Below, in pieces: positions 13,980 to 30,190 of a DNA stretch of 64,000 nucleotides. Within the stretch, counting starts at the first letter, position 1, and each line of letters opens with the position of its first letter. The notes under the pieces are model-generated. The model was given only the letters and a program-made list of their open reading frames with translations, had not been told where the DNA came from and did not search any database. Origin of the DNA: the human T2T-CHM13v2.0 reference genome, Homo sapiens. The stretch is from the NCBI RefSeq assembly GCF_009914755.1, contig NC_060935.1, one strand, 5' to 3'. The position numbers were made by a program, and so were the translations under genes.

Positions 13980-14960
13980 TGTTCTCTATAAATACAAACT
14001 ACCACCCCTCCCTCCTCCGCTCTCTCCCCTTCCCCCCATCCCCCCTTTCTCAGTAGCGGGGAGATTGCTGCACACGCCGCCCTCAGCTCGGCTGTTCTGA
14101 GCACGCTGAGCGGAGGGGATGAGCTTGAGATCATCTTGGGGGGTAAGCCGGGGACTGGAGAGGCCGGCTCTGCCCTGCTGATCCCTGTGGCCCAACTTTT
14201 CGGGGGGCTAGCTAGACCGAGTCTCACTGCTTGCTGCGCAGCCAACAGGGGGGTAAGCTTGCTAAGTGTCTGTGTGCCCAAGTGTCCCCTGGCCAGAGAA
14301 GGATTTAGGATCTATAGGCTTGCTGAGTAGCTCAACAGTTTGGTTTGGGGGAGGGGGACGCGGGTGGAGCAGGGGTGGCCAAAGCCGACAAGATTCAAGT
14401 CTGTTCCATTTGCGAACAGCCTTAATTAAACCTGTTGGGGAAAAAGGCGCGAGCAACGGGGTGAAGGAGGGAAGAGCTGCAAGGGTTGAAAAGGAGATTC
14501 TGCATGCCTTCGCATCCGAGTTCCCGCTCTCTAAGGCCAGGTGCGCGTGGTTTCGAATGCAGAGTGTGCTCCCGCAAACCACCCGAGGGCTCGGAATTGT
14601 GAGAAGCAAAGGTGGAGAGGAAAAGAGGACGGAGAATTGCTTTTCAATAGATCGGTTAGGGGCCGCTTCGTGGCGCCTGCTGCAGGAAGAGGGGGGACAG
14701 CGGGTGGTGCTGAAAGCACATCTCTTTCACTCAGGCTATATTGCCTCTCTTTGAACACCAGCCTGAGCCCTCCCGCTCTTTCCTCTTCCATGGATTTATC
14801 TTTCCCCTCGAACACAAAGCCTGCTAGTTATCCCACGGCGGGAGCATGAGCGGCATGCCAAGGAGGAAGCCCTGGCTACAGCGACTTAGGGAAGAAAACC
14901 CAGGGCAGGCCCATGAGTGCCGAGGCTGGCCGGTGGCCCGAGCCCAACGTGCATTAGGAC
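13980..14960 (+). promoter_or_regulatory. Second CpG-rich promoter and non-coding first exon (exon 1B-like, ~14020/14085-14252)
   Basis: TATAAATA at 13987-13994; C-rich tract 14002-14045; exon sequence matches my recollection of the GRM5 mRNA leader (...GCCAACAGGGGG joined to GTTTAGAAGATCATGACC); donor GG|GTAAGC at 14252/14253. Confidence 0.8.
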
Positions 14961-15185
14961 CTCTCCAGGGAAGTGACAGGTCCACCTGGAGGGCTCTTTC
15001 ACCTGGTACTCGAATTTACAGCTGCCCTCATTTCCTTTCAGAGGAGTTGCTGTGTGGAAAGGAAATTTAGGAGAGGATAACAAGCGCTTGTGCTTATTTA
15101 GACACAATCTTGATGCTGCCTTAGCTGGACTGTAACGTCGAGTAACCAGGGAGATAGGGTCTCCAATACTTTACTTTTTCAATAG

Positions 15186-15448
15186 GAAATTGATACAGAC
15201 CAGTGAGAAGGCAGCTTCTCCTTTTCACCTTCTTCTCCATTCGCTACATGGTATTTTATTGTTCAGAGTTTCTCTGGACAAAGCTAGAGCTAATTTCTGT
15301 CTCTAATCCTGGGCACTGGCCGTTTGAAGCAGCCAAAGGTGCATTGACCAGGACTACGTGCAGCCCTTCCTCCAGTGGGACATAAGCAGGGGTTTTCTGT
15401 GGACGTCTTAGTTGCATGACATTCTACTGTCAGCTGTGGAGTGTTCAG
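15186..15448 (+). other. Probable alternative/cassette non-coding 5'UTR exon
   Basis: Acceptor ttactttttcaatag|G (15185/15186) and donor CAG|GTATGC (15448/15449) in unique sequence; GRM5 is known to use several 5'UTR exons. Confidence 0.55.
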
Positions 15449-15702
15449 GTATGCTACCTCTTGTTAGGTGTGCTTTTTGCTGTTTTCTTTATGGAGTGCA
15501 GGGAGTTTCCTCCTTTAATTTCTCAGTTACCTCAATGTAATCACACATGTAAGAATCAATTGTGGCTATTTCTGTCCTTTATGCATGTTTATTTCCATTT
15601 AAACATGCCATTGGTTTAGGACTTGAAAATACTGCGTCCTGAACTCATTGGGTTAGTAGTGTGCGTCCCATCAAATTTCCAGCCTTCTCCCCGTGAAATC
15701 TT

Positions 15703-15723
15703 GTCAGCACTCTGGACAGATCT
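15703..15723 (+). promoter_or_regulatory. Candidate RE1/NRSE (REST site)
   Basis: gTCAGCACtctGGACAGatct against consensus TTCAGCACCnnGGACAGCGCC: correct spacing, one core mismatch. Confidence 0.45.
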
Positions 15724-17424
15724 TTCAAGTTTCTTATGAGAAAAATGTACATAGCACTTCCTAAATAACAGCTTCTCTTAAGAGAAAAAGCTTTCCCTAC
15801 TCATTTACACTCCACATGACAAAATATACAATCTAGATATTTTAATTGCACCCCCTAGAGGTTTGTGCTATCACACGGGAATGTTTTGGTTGCGGGCTAC
15901 ACACTCACAAAAAGCCCAAACTCTTCAATGTTCACTTATGAAAGGATATGTCGAGATTATTTGGGAGAGGGAGTTGGTATTTGAATAATCCAAGTTCCTC
16001 ACTTTACTTCCATAGGTAGACACAGGCCTTTACTATCACTTTATAGTATACCTTATGGACATGATGACAAACACCCAGGGGGAAATTGAAAAATTCACTC
16101 ATATCTATTATATCCAACCAGCACAAACTATCCGGACTTTGGGAATACTTGATTAACTACATACCATTTTTAATTTTGGCTCTGATTATTAACATTGTTG
16201 TGTTTCATGTTAAAATGACTTATCTCATCAAAGGTGCTCACTTTTGTGACTAAAGCATTTTAATAATTCTGCTTTTCTTATTTCTTTCCAAAACCCATTT
16301 AATATTTTATAGGAGTCTTACTATATTGTCTTTTACAGAATGATAATTTTGGTTAGAGAAACTAAATTAAGTGTCAATAAAAGGTAGGTGGTACTACAAG
16401 TAGAAAATGTGAGATGAGGTTGATCATTAAAAATATTGTATTTATTTGTATACCAATTTTATCCCAGGTTTTCTATCCTCATGGGATGAAGACAGAGCTA
16501 TAACCAAATATTTTTTTCTTATATATTCTTATTGTATTATGTATATGTACATGTGAGGTACTTTTCTGTGTATCTCGATATAGATAGATAGATCATGTAT
16601 AAACCAACTTTATAAAATATTAGATACTACTTTTTATATATGTTGAGATATATATATGTTATATGATAAAGCTGATTTGGCTGGTTTAGAGGTTGGATAT
16701 ATTGAAGATGTATTATTACAAAGCAGGAAGATTCTGCAGTTTAGAAATACGTGTTATGTGTTATATTCATATTCAGAGAAATATTAATTCTAGTCATTTT
16801 AGTCAGTGAGTGAAGCTTAGGAGAACATAAGAAGACATGCGCATCAAAAGAAATATTTTTAGTGCAGGATGTATTTATATAACCCAAGAAAAGAAACTTC
16901 AATTTTCACTTTTGAATTTTCAATTATTTGTAAATCAGATAATATCTTGATATTCCTTTATCTTAGTTGTTTAAAATGTGTTTCTAAAAGACATTAAAGC
17001 ATAGGCTTGCTTTCATTTCCTTTAAATTCATAGGAGATGAAAATCTATATTTTACCTTTCTGAATCATCTTTAAACTGTATATAACTTTTGTCAGAAGGG
17101 CCATCAGGCAAACGTCCTGGTGCAGACTCATCCCTGCTCTAATAACTACTATTTATTAAGCACATCAGGCATCATGCTAAGCAGTAGGTATGTTATTTTA
17201 TTTAATTTTCATATCAACAATACAAGACATTATTTGTTTTTCCTTTTCAGTTATAAAAACTAAGTTTTTTATTCTACTGTCAAAGAACAGGGCATAGTTT
17301 ATGCAGTGTTCACTGTGGGTCACTTTATTTTTATTTGTGCAATTAATTCATTATACTTATTCAATAACATGTACTGCTATAACCCATCCCCTATTTTGAA
17401 AATAAGGAAACATATATTTCATTC

Positions 17425-17431
<7 letters not shown>

Positions 17432-17462
<31 letters not shown>
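17432..17462. repeat. (TG)n microsatellite
   Basis: Directly visible. Confidence 0.95.
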
Positions 17463-17470
<8 letters not shown>

Positions 17471-17654
17471 CTTTTACCATATATGTAAAAGACAAAAATA
17501 ATGGAAATACATATATATACATATGCAAAAGAGAGAGATTTGATTTGTTTGGCACTAAAATTTACCCGGTTTCCTTTGTATTGAGCTGCCTTACTCTGTG
17601 GTGTGGCTAAACACTAAACATTATGGGATTATTTTATTGTGGTTTCCAGTGAGT

Positions 17655-18010
17655 TGTGGTATGATTGGAAGTACAAGCTCTGGCTTCAAATTGCCTGGGT
17701 TTGAATCTCAGCTTTGTGGCTTACTACTTGTGTGACCTTAGGCAAGTTACTTAAATTTATGTACCTCAGTTTCACTATTTTCAAATTGGGGGATGGGTTA
17801 TAGCAGTACATGGCATGGAGTGAATATGATGAATTAATTGCACAAATTAAAAAAAAACAATAGGTGCAGAAAACCACCATGGCACACATAGACATATGTA
17901 ACAAACCTGCACATTCTGCACATGTATCCTGTTGTTTTTTAGAAGACATAAAGAGAAAAATAAATTAAAAAAATAAAGTATCTGACCCATAGTGAACAGA
18001 GCATAAACTC
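17655..18010 (+). mobile_element. MIR, interrupted by an L1 3' fragment
   Basis: MIR core tgtgtgaccttaggcaagttacttaa...cctcagtttc. Confidence 0.8.
17858..17973 (+). mobile_element. Short old L1PA 3' end
   Basis: taggtgcagaaaaccaccatggcaca...tatgtaacaaacctgcacattctgcacatgtatcc plus A-rich tail; flanking repeat aaattaaaaaaa. Confidence 0.85.
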
Positions 18011-19265
18011 TCAATCCTACCCAGGCCTTTGGATGTCGAGTTTTCTGTGTTTCCTATGGTATTACATTTAATGTTTAACTGCCCTGTGGATTGTGTCTTA
18101 TTTTTATTTTATGACTTTAATGATAAAACATAATACTAACATAGATTAAATAACTTGTCCAATGTCCCACAGTACAAACAAAGGTGACAAAGCAGGTATT
18201 TAAATCTAGGATCATCTGATTTCCAAACTTTTATGATACTGACCTACAGCTTACACACATATATCAATTTTTTTGAATTCTACTAATTTTGAGTCAGCAG
18301 CCCTTCCTCTACAAGGGAATATGCAAATATCTATTTTTCTCATATATTCAAGAATATTTAAAAATAAACATGCAAATGCTTGAAGATAATCAGAAATCAA
18401 AATAATACATAATTGCTATCTCAAATATCTCCTTTTTTAGTCAGACTGTAGAAGAAGTGTAAAAGAAAGACTTAGATGCAAAATATATATTTTATGTATA
18501 TATGATTCTATTGGTCTTGCAAATATGTCAGATTCAAGAAAAATTCTCTAATGATTAGTTGTTCACAATAATCCTGGTTCAGGCCATGGGTTTTAAAATT
18601 TTGAGTATAAATGTTCTGAGGAAAATGAAAACTTGTAATCACAGTGATAATAGTGAGCACTTTAATAATGCAACCTTCTTACATTCATTATATTTTACAG
18701 AAGAATAATCAAAAATTTTTTTAAAAAACAATTTGTCTAAATGCATAGTAATGTAGAATTATTCAAAGACATAGAAGTAAATAATACGCTTATATCATTT
18801 GTTTAAAAATAAATAAAATTATGAAAAATCAACATGTAAATTACTTTATAAAGTTATCGTTATTGTTGTAGTCTTGTTAAAATTACAATAAACTTTGCAT
18901 TTCCTATCAAAAACAGCCTTTGATTTGGGAAGTATATCGTAGGATACTCTCCTCACATTCATTTTTTGTAATTTGTGATACTTAGAACTATGCGTATTTA
19001 ATGTAAGGTAATATCAACCTTGACTCTTACAGCTTAAATTTGTCTTTCTCAAATTGAAATTTCTACCTTTTCAACAAGATAATACAGACAAATAACTATG
19101 TAAACATTGAGTAGGGCAAGCCTATTTCAACCGTCTCTCCTTAGCATTATTTGGAAGTTTCAGGTAGAGAATTTGTAAGACTGATGGGTCCAGATGATTG
19201 GCTCTTAGGTATGCTCTTCTTTCGTGATTATGTCAACCTTGCCAGGATTAACTTTCATGTAAATT

Positions 19266-19481
19266 AGTGTTTTTCAACTGGAAGCGACTTTGACATACAG
19301 GCGACATTTGCTAATATCTGAGGACATATTCGTTTATCAGAGCTGGGAGGGGATGGCATTGTCGTCTAGTGAACAGAAGCCAGGGGTGCTGCTAAACAAC
19401 CAACAGTGCGCAGACAACATCCGCCCACAACAAAAGATTATCCACTCCAAAATGTCAATAGTGCTCAGGTTGAGAAACCCT
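19266..19481. mobile_element. MER20 (hAT-Charlie MITE)
   Basis: Characteristic ...ccaaaatgtcaatagtgctcaggttgagaaaccct terminus and gaagccaggggtgctgctaaaca interior; ~215 bp. Confidence 0.85.
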
Positions 19482-22400
19482 TATCTAAATGATGCTAGGA
19501 AACAGAGTTTCCTATATTTACTTGATTTGTTTGTATGCTTTCTGATGAATTTTTGTACATTACATAAGAATTTAATGGAAAGCAGAATCTCCAAAATGCT
19601 TTGCAATCAATGCATGAGGTTTGAATAACCAATTCACTTGTTTTTTGTGGGGAGACCTCATCATTTGTTTATTAAGTATGGGCTTTGGAGCCAAATATAG
19701 TTGGATTCATGTCCTGGTTCTGCCATTTGTTATAGGTTTGATACTTTGGAGAAGATTATTGACTTCTAAACTTCGATTTCTAGAGGTAGTAAGATAGGTA
19801 GTAATTATATCTACCTTACAGGGTTATTGTGAGTCTTACATTAAATAATTATTATACATTATTTAACAGAAAGAAGGCACTTTTTAAATATTATGTATTA
19901 ATAAGTAAGTGGAGATCAAGTTATAGAAATGTAAAACCACAGTCTCAAGCATTTAATGATAGGTAATGTAATATATAAATAATGCTTTACAGTCTTCAGA
20001 GGTATACCCTTAATAACAAGAAATCAGCTGAAGGCTACAGGATGGGTAAAGGTCTAAAATCCCTGCTTTATAATTAAACTGAGACTAGTTAACAGTGGAT
20101 TGCATCATGTTTATTGCTTTGCTGTAGAAGGCTGTTCCAGGTCTTCATAGACTGCTAAACCACTTGTTTCAATGATTTACAATGATTTAGTGAGCTCTAT
20201 TGAACTGCCAGAACTTTTTAATTAATGGATAAAATTACAGATTTCATCTTTGTACAATAGTGTTTTATGGGCCTTTTTTTGTTGAGGGGGTTTCAGTTAA
20301 AATATGGCCTATACTTTGTGGGGCTAAACAGTGGGGATGCTGCATTTTCTTGTTTACAAGGTCACAAATGTGTGATTGAGATAGTAATGACAATGGAGCT
20401 TTCCTCAGACTACAGGGTTCTCTGTATCATTGCACCTCAGACTGTCTCTTATCTATGGTATGCACTTGTTTTCAGAAAAATATATCAGATGCGTTGATGG
20501 CATATGCAATATTGACACCCCTGACTGTTTGTGATGAGGCCACTGATCAGGCAGAAGAAATCATTTTACTGTTTATGTCCTGAGCTGTGTGATTTGCTTG
20601 TGTGGAGATTAAGTTATATAAGAGACATCTGTGCCAGAAAGATGGTCAGTATTTTAGAGGATTGTTGAAAATAAAGGACAATGTGAGCTGTGAATCTGAC
20701 TATAGTGTAGATTGCAATTTATGGCAAAGTTTATCCATTAATATCTCTTTTTCATATTCATTTAGGATATAATATGAGAACGTGTGGTTACCTGATGTGA
20801 AATACTTTTGTATGTATTTAAAATATGTATATTGTTTTCTATAATGTGCTAGTAATTAATTTACTATGCTAAGGACCCAGAAATATAACACTGAGTAAAA
20901 CATACTTCTGAAAATAGATACTTGAACTAATATACTATATAATCAAACTATTAATACATTTACCCACTTTTTAGTGAATTAAATGTCACCATATTATTAG
21001 AGTGTAGATCATAACATTTTAAAAGCTTTTTTATCATTACAAGAATTAATGCCTCCCCATTATCTATAGGATAATCCTGCCCCTTTATTTCTACTGACAT
21101 ATTATCCCCACCATCTAAAAGCTATAACCTAAAGCAAATAATTTATTTTACTTGACACTTTGTTTCCTAATATAAGAAATTGATGTTCTTAGACATTTCT
21201 AGAAGTATTATTTTTAGGTAGACGTGAGATCAAGAATGAAAAAGGGCTCTTTACGCTGAAAATAAAGTATTATGGTATTTTTCTTCATCTTTTCTTTTAC
21301 TAGACACTTGTTAAAATAATGAATGGATCTTGTGGTGACGTTGCACAGGAGAAATCTCACCACAAGGAGAAATGGCCTTACTCAGGAACTTATATAGAAG
21401 CAAGAGAGAGTAGATCCTCACAGAAAGAATATTGGATAGTTCTCAGAATTGATGATGTTAATGAGACAGATCTTGGAGTGAAGTTGATATCATCTTTTAT
21501 ATTCTATATTCATCAATTGTAAACTATGAGAAACATTTATGCCAGAAATATCATCTTTAAATAATTGTGCTACAAAGATACTTTCAAAAGCAAGCAAAAT
21601 GCAACATTGTTTACGATATTAAGACAAATCTATAAATAACCTTAATATCTAACAATAAGGAATAATTAAATATTGGTACACACATATAATTGAATGCCAT
21701 GCAACTGATAAAATTAAATAAATGTTCTAAATGTGACTCTTGGCTCTGCTACTACCCACTTGCTTGGGAATCTGGGCCAAGCCTCTGTATCTCTCTGAGC
21801 CTCAGTTCTTTTCTCTGTAAAATGTGCATACATAACTTATTTTACAGTTTGTATGACAACTAAATGTCATTTCATGTGAGATACTTAGCAAAGTGAACAA
21901 CACATGATATGCCCTCTGTATATTTTAATTGTTGTTATAATTGTCCGCATCATCCAAATGAACTGATATGAAAGATATTTATATTATACAAGGAAAATAA
22001 AAATATATTATGAGAGAGATTTCATATTAAAATTTTATTTAAATAAAAAAATAAAATATTATAAGCTTAGAAAATTGTATAAGAGCTGATACCAAGTTGT
22101 AAACTATGATTAAAATTGTGTTTTGAGTGACATTTTGTTGAATTCAAGTCCCAGGTCTGCTATGAATCATTTGCTTTCCATGGATCTCAGTTAAATGGAA
22201 TCATCTCCAGGGCCCTCTCTAGTTTTATGATGCTATTTTCCTTAAACATCCTACAATATTAGCTTGGTAATGAATACTATAAGAAAGTATAAATAAAAAA
22301 CTGCCATGTGAGCTTGGAGGATAGAGCAAACACTGCCAGGTGAGGGATATGGTAATAATTTAGGAAGGGACTATTTTTAAATATTAGCTCATTCAGTACT

Positions 22401-23049
22401 CACTAAAACTCTTTGGGGTAGGTACTGCTGTCACTCCAGTTGCCAATAAAGGCTTGAGGCTCAGAGAGGCTAAATGCCTAAGGACACACCGCCAATCAAT
22501 GGCTGTGTCAGGATTCCAATTCAGGTCATTGGACTCCAAGCCCATGCTCTTAACAACTCTGCCATGAAGACCATTGGAACAACTGCATATCAGGGATCAG
22601 AAGCAGCATGTGCAAAGCCATTGGAATAAAACAGTGTATACTTGGACAAGAGCCTAACGACTAATAGGCTCCCAAGGAGGAATGGATGGAGGGAGATAAG
22701 GTCTCAAGGGAGAAAGCTGCAGAAATTTAGAAAGCATATCCCTCAGTTCCAAATTAAAAATAATAATGAATAGTAAATATGTTGTATTACTATATTTATA
22801 AATTTAGAAAACACAGATGAAGACAAGAAATAAAATCAAAAGTACTATATTTTTACTATCCAGAGAACACTCTATTAATGTCAATGTATATGTTTCCAGT
22901 CTTTATGTATGCATACATACCCATCCATAATATTTCTTGAGAAAATCAAAGCATACCATCCCTTTATTTCTGCATGATACAACATGAATACTTCACATTT
23001 TACTGCTTCTCTCTCCTCACTTCACAAAAGGAAGTTTCTATTCAAAAAA

Positions 23050-24240
23050 TCGTTCAGTCTCCTTTGCTGATTATTCCTTACCATTGAACCTTGGAATTCC
23101 CTGGGGCACAATCTCTGGCACTAGTTTCTTTTCTCTTTTCACTTCCTCAGTGATTTAATCCAGTTTCACGGCTTACAAAAAGGACTTCTGTATACTCACA
23201 CCTTCCTCATTTTATCTCCTGTTCAGACCTCTCTTCAGAATTCAGCCCCTTACATCCGCCTGCTCATTCAATGATCTCTTCTTGAGTTTCTAGTATGTGC
23301 AACTTGATATATCAAAATTGAACTTATGTTGTTTTGTTGTTTCTATCCATGTCTTTGCCGCAGCATTCTCCACCACAGCCGATGCGACTCCATCCTTTTT
23401 GTGTTCGGGCTGAAAATCTTGGCGTCCTCATTGATTTTTCTCTTTCTCCAACATCCCAAGTCAGCTCTAATAGCCAATTTGTTCACTCTACCTTCAAAAT
23501 ATATTCAGAATCCCAGCAGTTCTCACCACTTGTGCTTACCGTATCTCCAATCCAACCACTATCATCTCTCTCACCTAAGTTAGTGCAAATTTCCTAATTG
23601 CTCCTCATTTTCTGCCTTCGTGCCCTTATTCTTGTTAAAATTTTAGGTAGAATGTGTTCCTCCTCTGTTGGAATCCTCTCAGAAAAACGTTCTCATGAAA
23701 TGTTAAAGCCAAAGCCTTTTAAAGTCCAAACAGGCTCAACATCACCACATTACCTCTTGTTCTCCATGTCTTCCTTTCTCTGCATTTTAACTTTTCTACA
23801 GCCTCAAGAGCCTGTTTGCTACTCCTCAGCACACTAAACATTAAATCTGTCTTAGGGGCTTTGTATTTGTTTTATCCTTTACCTGGAATGTTGTTTTTCT
23901 AGAGATCTGTATGACTCTGTATTCCTTTAATTCTTTAATTCTTTCAATTCTTTTAGCTATTTACTCAAATGTTATTTTTTCAGTTTATGTTCCTTTGGCC
24001 ACATTACTCAAACTTTCCTATATCTCTGGCACTTTCTATACTGCTTCACTGCATTTTGTTTTTTTGCTTGTAGACACTCACCACCATGTAGCACACAATA
24101 TTTTACATATTTATTTTGTTTCTTGTCTGGCAAACCCTCTTCGAGTATAGGCTCCATAATGATGTGACTTTATATCTATTTTGTCCATAACTGGATCCTT
24201 GGGGCATAGAAGGGTGTGTTATTCAACAAACATTTATAGA
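23050..24240 (-). mobile_element. L2 fragments (3' region), highly diverged
   Basis: Pyrimidine-rich L2-like motifs (aaaatcttggcgtcctcattgattt, ccttcaaaatatattcagaatc); boundaries approximate. Confidence 0.55.
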
Positions 24241-24860
24241 AAACACATGAGTGATGCTGATAGATTTGATGTATTCCTTTCAGGTCTATTTGGAATTTAT
24301 ACTCTATGAATTTCTTGTATTTTGATTGCACATAAGATGACTTTCTATTTAGCCTTACAATAATCTGAGTAATAGCACAGTTCTTTCGCATTCCTATGTC
24401 ATATTTTTTTAAAGTATATTCCAGGTATCTAAGTTCATAGCTAATTATGAAGCATAATCTGATGAGCCATAATTTGGGGTGGATATCCAGGCAATGTAAA
24501 TACACTTGTACTAGATAACCTACACACTGTACCTTCTGTGTCTCTATGAGCTGAATCATCTTTTCCCTGGAATGCTCTTTACTGTATAGTTTGAAAGGCG
24601 ACTCCTGTAAGATTCTATATCTCTTGGATGTTCAAATTGTGTCTGGGTGGCCCTTCTTGTTTTCATGGACATTAGCAGTATCTTTCATTTTTTTTGGTAG
24701 GAAGGGGCTGTGAGGCAGCAAGGAATAGTTAAAACAATGTGTTATAAAGTCAACAGGCATAGACATAAATTCTAGCTCCATTATTTTCTAAGTGATCAGC
24801 TAGTTTTTAACTTATCAAAACCCATTACATCATTTGTAAAATGAAGGTAATAAAATAATA

Positions 24861-25095
24861 CAGTTCAAACATCCCAAATTCAAAAATTAAAAATCTGAAA
24901 TGCTCCAAAATTGCAGCATATTTGAGTACCCATTTGACACTCAAAGGAAATTCTTATTGGAATATTTCCAATTTCACATTTTAGGATTTGGAACGCTCAA
25001 GAAGTAAGTAAGTATAATGTAACTTTTCCAAAATCTGAAAGATTCTGAATCTGAATTTTGGTCCTAAGCATTTTGTGTAGGGATTGTTCAACCTG
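24861..25095 (-). mobile_element. Tigger4a/MER46-like Tc1-mariner MITE inserted into a MIR
   Basis: TA|cagtt...ttcaacctg|TA termini; interior aaaatctgaaatgctccaaaa and ggtcctaagcatttt. Confidence 0.75.
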
Positions 25096-25399
25096 TACCT
25101 ATATTTTAGGGTTGTTATAAGGATTCTTGGTATACATATGCCACACATACGGACACACTCAAAGACATAGCCATTGTGTCAGAAATCTTCAGTGTATAGA
25201 ATGTACATGGAATATAGTATCTTCCATGGGAATCAGATACGTTTTTCTCCGAAATATATAAGCCTTGCATATGTCTTTAAAAATAAAGTACCTAAAACAT
25301 TCCTTTTTGCCCTCTATGACATCATTTACTCTCACTTTATCTTCTTACTTTTTGGGTTGACTCCTTTTCATAGCTGGCTTTTCCCAAATCTGGCCCCTC

Positions 25400-27251
<1,852 letters not shown>

Positions 27252-29279
27252 CTTTATTTTTCTTTGTATTCACCATGTTTCAGCTAAAGTTACCCTTTAG
27301 AATACCAATATGTAAGGCCCACAAGTATAGGGAGCTTGTATATTTTGCTCATGCTTGAATATTCAATGCCCAGGACAGAATTATAGCATATACATACCAT
27401 AAATATTTGTTAAGTGAGTTAATGAATAGATGGGGCATGTTAGGTGCTCAATGAAAGATCATAATGATACTTACCAATGTATATTATTACAGTTCTTTGA
27501 TACATTAGTCTCTTTCACTGAATAGTTAATAATTTTTTGTTAAATAAGTAACAAACTTCGCATAACTTCAAAAGGCAATATCTTAGTGTTTTAATATGTA
27601 TACTGTATCTCAATATGTAGAGGTTTCATAGAACAACTTAAATGAATAAAATGAATGGGATTGATATTTCAGCCACACGAGCCTGACAGGACACCAGGTC
27701 TCTCATATCACTTTGATATTCTTACATAAAAAATGAGTCGTGTTTTGTTATTTGTTCACCCGCTAACATTCTTATTTAATAAGAAATTGTGCTTTCTTTA
27801 ACTTTAGATATTTCTTTTTGTCTGCAGCAGAATTCACATGACCATGAGAATAATTATTTTAGGTCTTGGGTCTAAGGAAAGTGAAAGAAAGATTTGGTAA
27901 TATTCAAATGACTTGCCAATGAAAAATCTAACAGTCTTCATTTCTTCCTCTGTATCTACAATGCCAACTTTCGTACCAAAACTAGTTTTTTCTATATATT
28001 CACAAATGTCCAGTTATTCTGGAACATCTGGTTATTTGATGAAATATTAAAAAGTTTAGCTTTTGTCACTGTACATAGGAAGACTTTCTCTGTTGCCATA
28101 GGAAACAGTAGAAGGAAATAGTGAAAATGATGGTAGGAGTGATTAGAAACATGATTCAAGTTACATTCATTTTGTGTCTGGACTTAACTTTTTGTAGATT
28201 TGATGACCTTTGAAACCATTAGTATTCTTGTAAAAGTGCGATATTTACATACATTCCTGAAGAAACATCACCTGTTTTTGAAAGTCGGTGCTTAGAAAGT
28301 TAGTCACTTTAAAATAATTTGAGATCCTTGGCTGGCAGAGTTGATAACAAAATAAGTCTCTTACACAATTCCCCTAAGTGATCAAATCACTAATTTGTCC
28401 GTTCTCTTTTACAAATTATGCTAGAATTTGCCATGGAAAATTTGGGACAACATTTCTTTCTTCCCAGGAATTTAAATTGAAATAGATGATGACATTCATA
28501 GCTATACTAAATTTCTACCTGGCAGAATAGTTCCAAACATACATCCTTTTAGCCTTTGAGCCTTAGTGATGTGGAATTTTTTTCTGGATCAGGGCTAGAG
28601 GACTGATTACTGTGAATTGTATTGCAAGACTCTGTACAGTTTATTTAACATGAAACACCCACCTTTCTTCATTTGTTTTTGTTATGTCATCCACATTAAT
28701 TAGACAATACTTATTTATTCCTGAGAAGATTATTCAACTTGCTTGACATTGTATTTGGAGAGAGGATATGTGGGGTATTTTTGAAAAGATAATTTTATTT
28801 TTGTAATTGCATAATTAATTACATGCTCAAGGCTAAAGATTTCAAAAGGAAAGCCTAATGAAAATTTAACAACAGTTATCCACACTTTCATTACCAAGAG
28901 ATCACCAATGTTTAATATTCTGGGGTGCATACTTCTTGAAGTTTTCTGTTCATGGCGTAGTTTTGCTTCTAGGATGCTCTGTCATCTCTGCCTGAGAGTA
29001 CAATACAGTTCTGCCCGCCACACACAAGATTTGGTTTTATGTAGTGCAGGTGAACAAAAAAATACTATTAATCTAAGCAAGGCAGGGTCAAGAAGCTACA
29101 TCAGCTGCTTCATCAAATCACAAAGGAAGCAGACAAAGGAAAGTCAGAAACGTTTTTGAATTATTTTTTCTTTGTTATCTGCATCATCAAAATGTTTTCT
29201 CTGCTATAATGGATTATAGAACTTCCCCAAACTAGTTGCATTTATGTTTGTTAAAGACCCATGTTATTTTTTTTTTCAG

Positions 29280-30190
<911 letters not shown>

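Larger units (their letters stand above)
17296..18009. repeat. Inverted duplication of a MIR 3' half (arms 17296-17411 and 17769-18009, the latter split by an L1 fragment)
   Basis: 17333-17411 against the reverse complement of 17769-17847: 68/79 identical, ungapped; homology resumes after the L1 (agtttatgc..tgttcact.tgggtca). Confidence 0.85.

Noticed and set aside
11436-15107. Many 60-160 aa ORFs in the CpG islands and microsatellites
   Set aside because: Expected from stop-codon scarcity in GC-rich and dinucleotide sequence; no recognisable domains.
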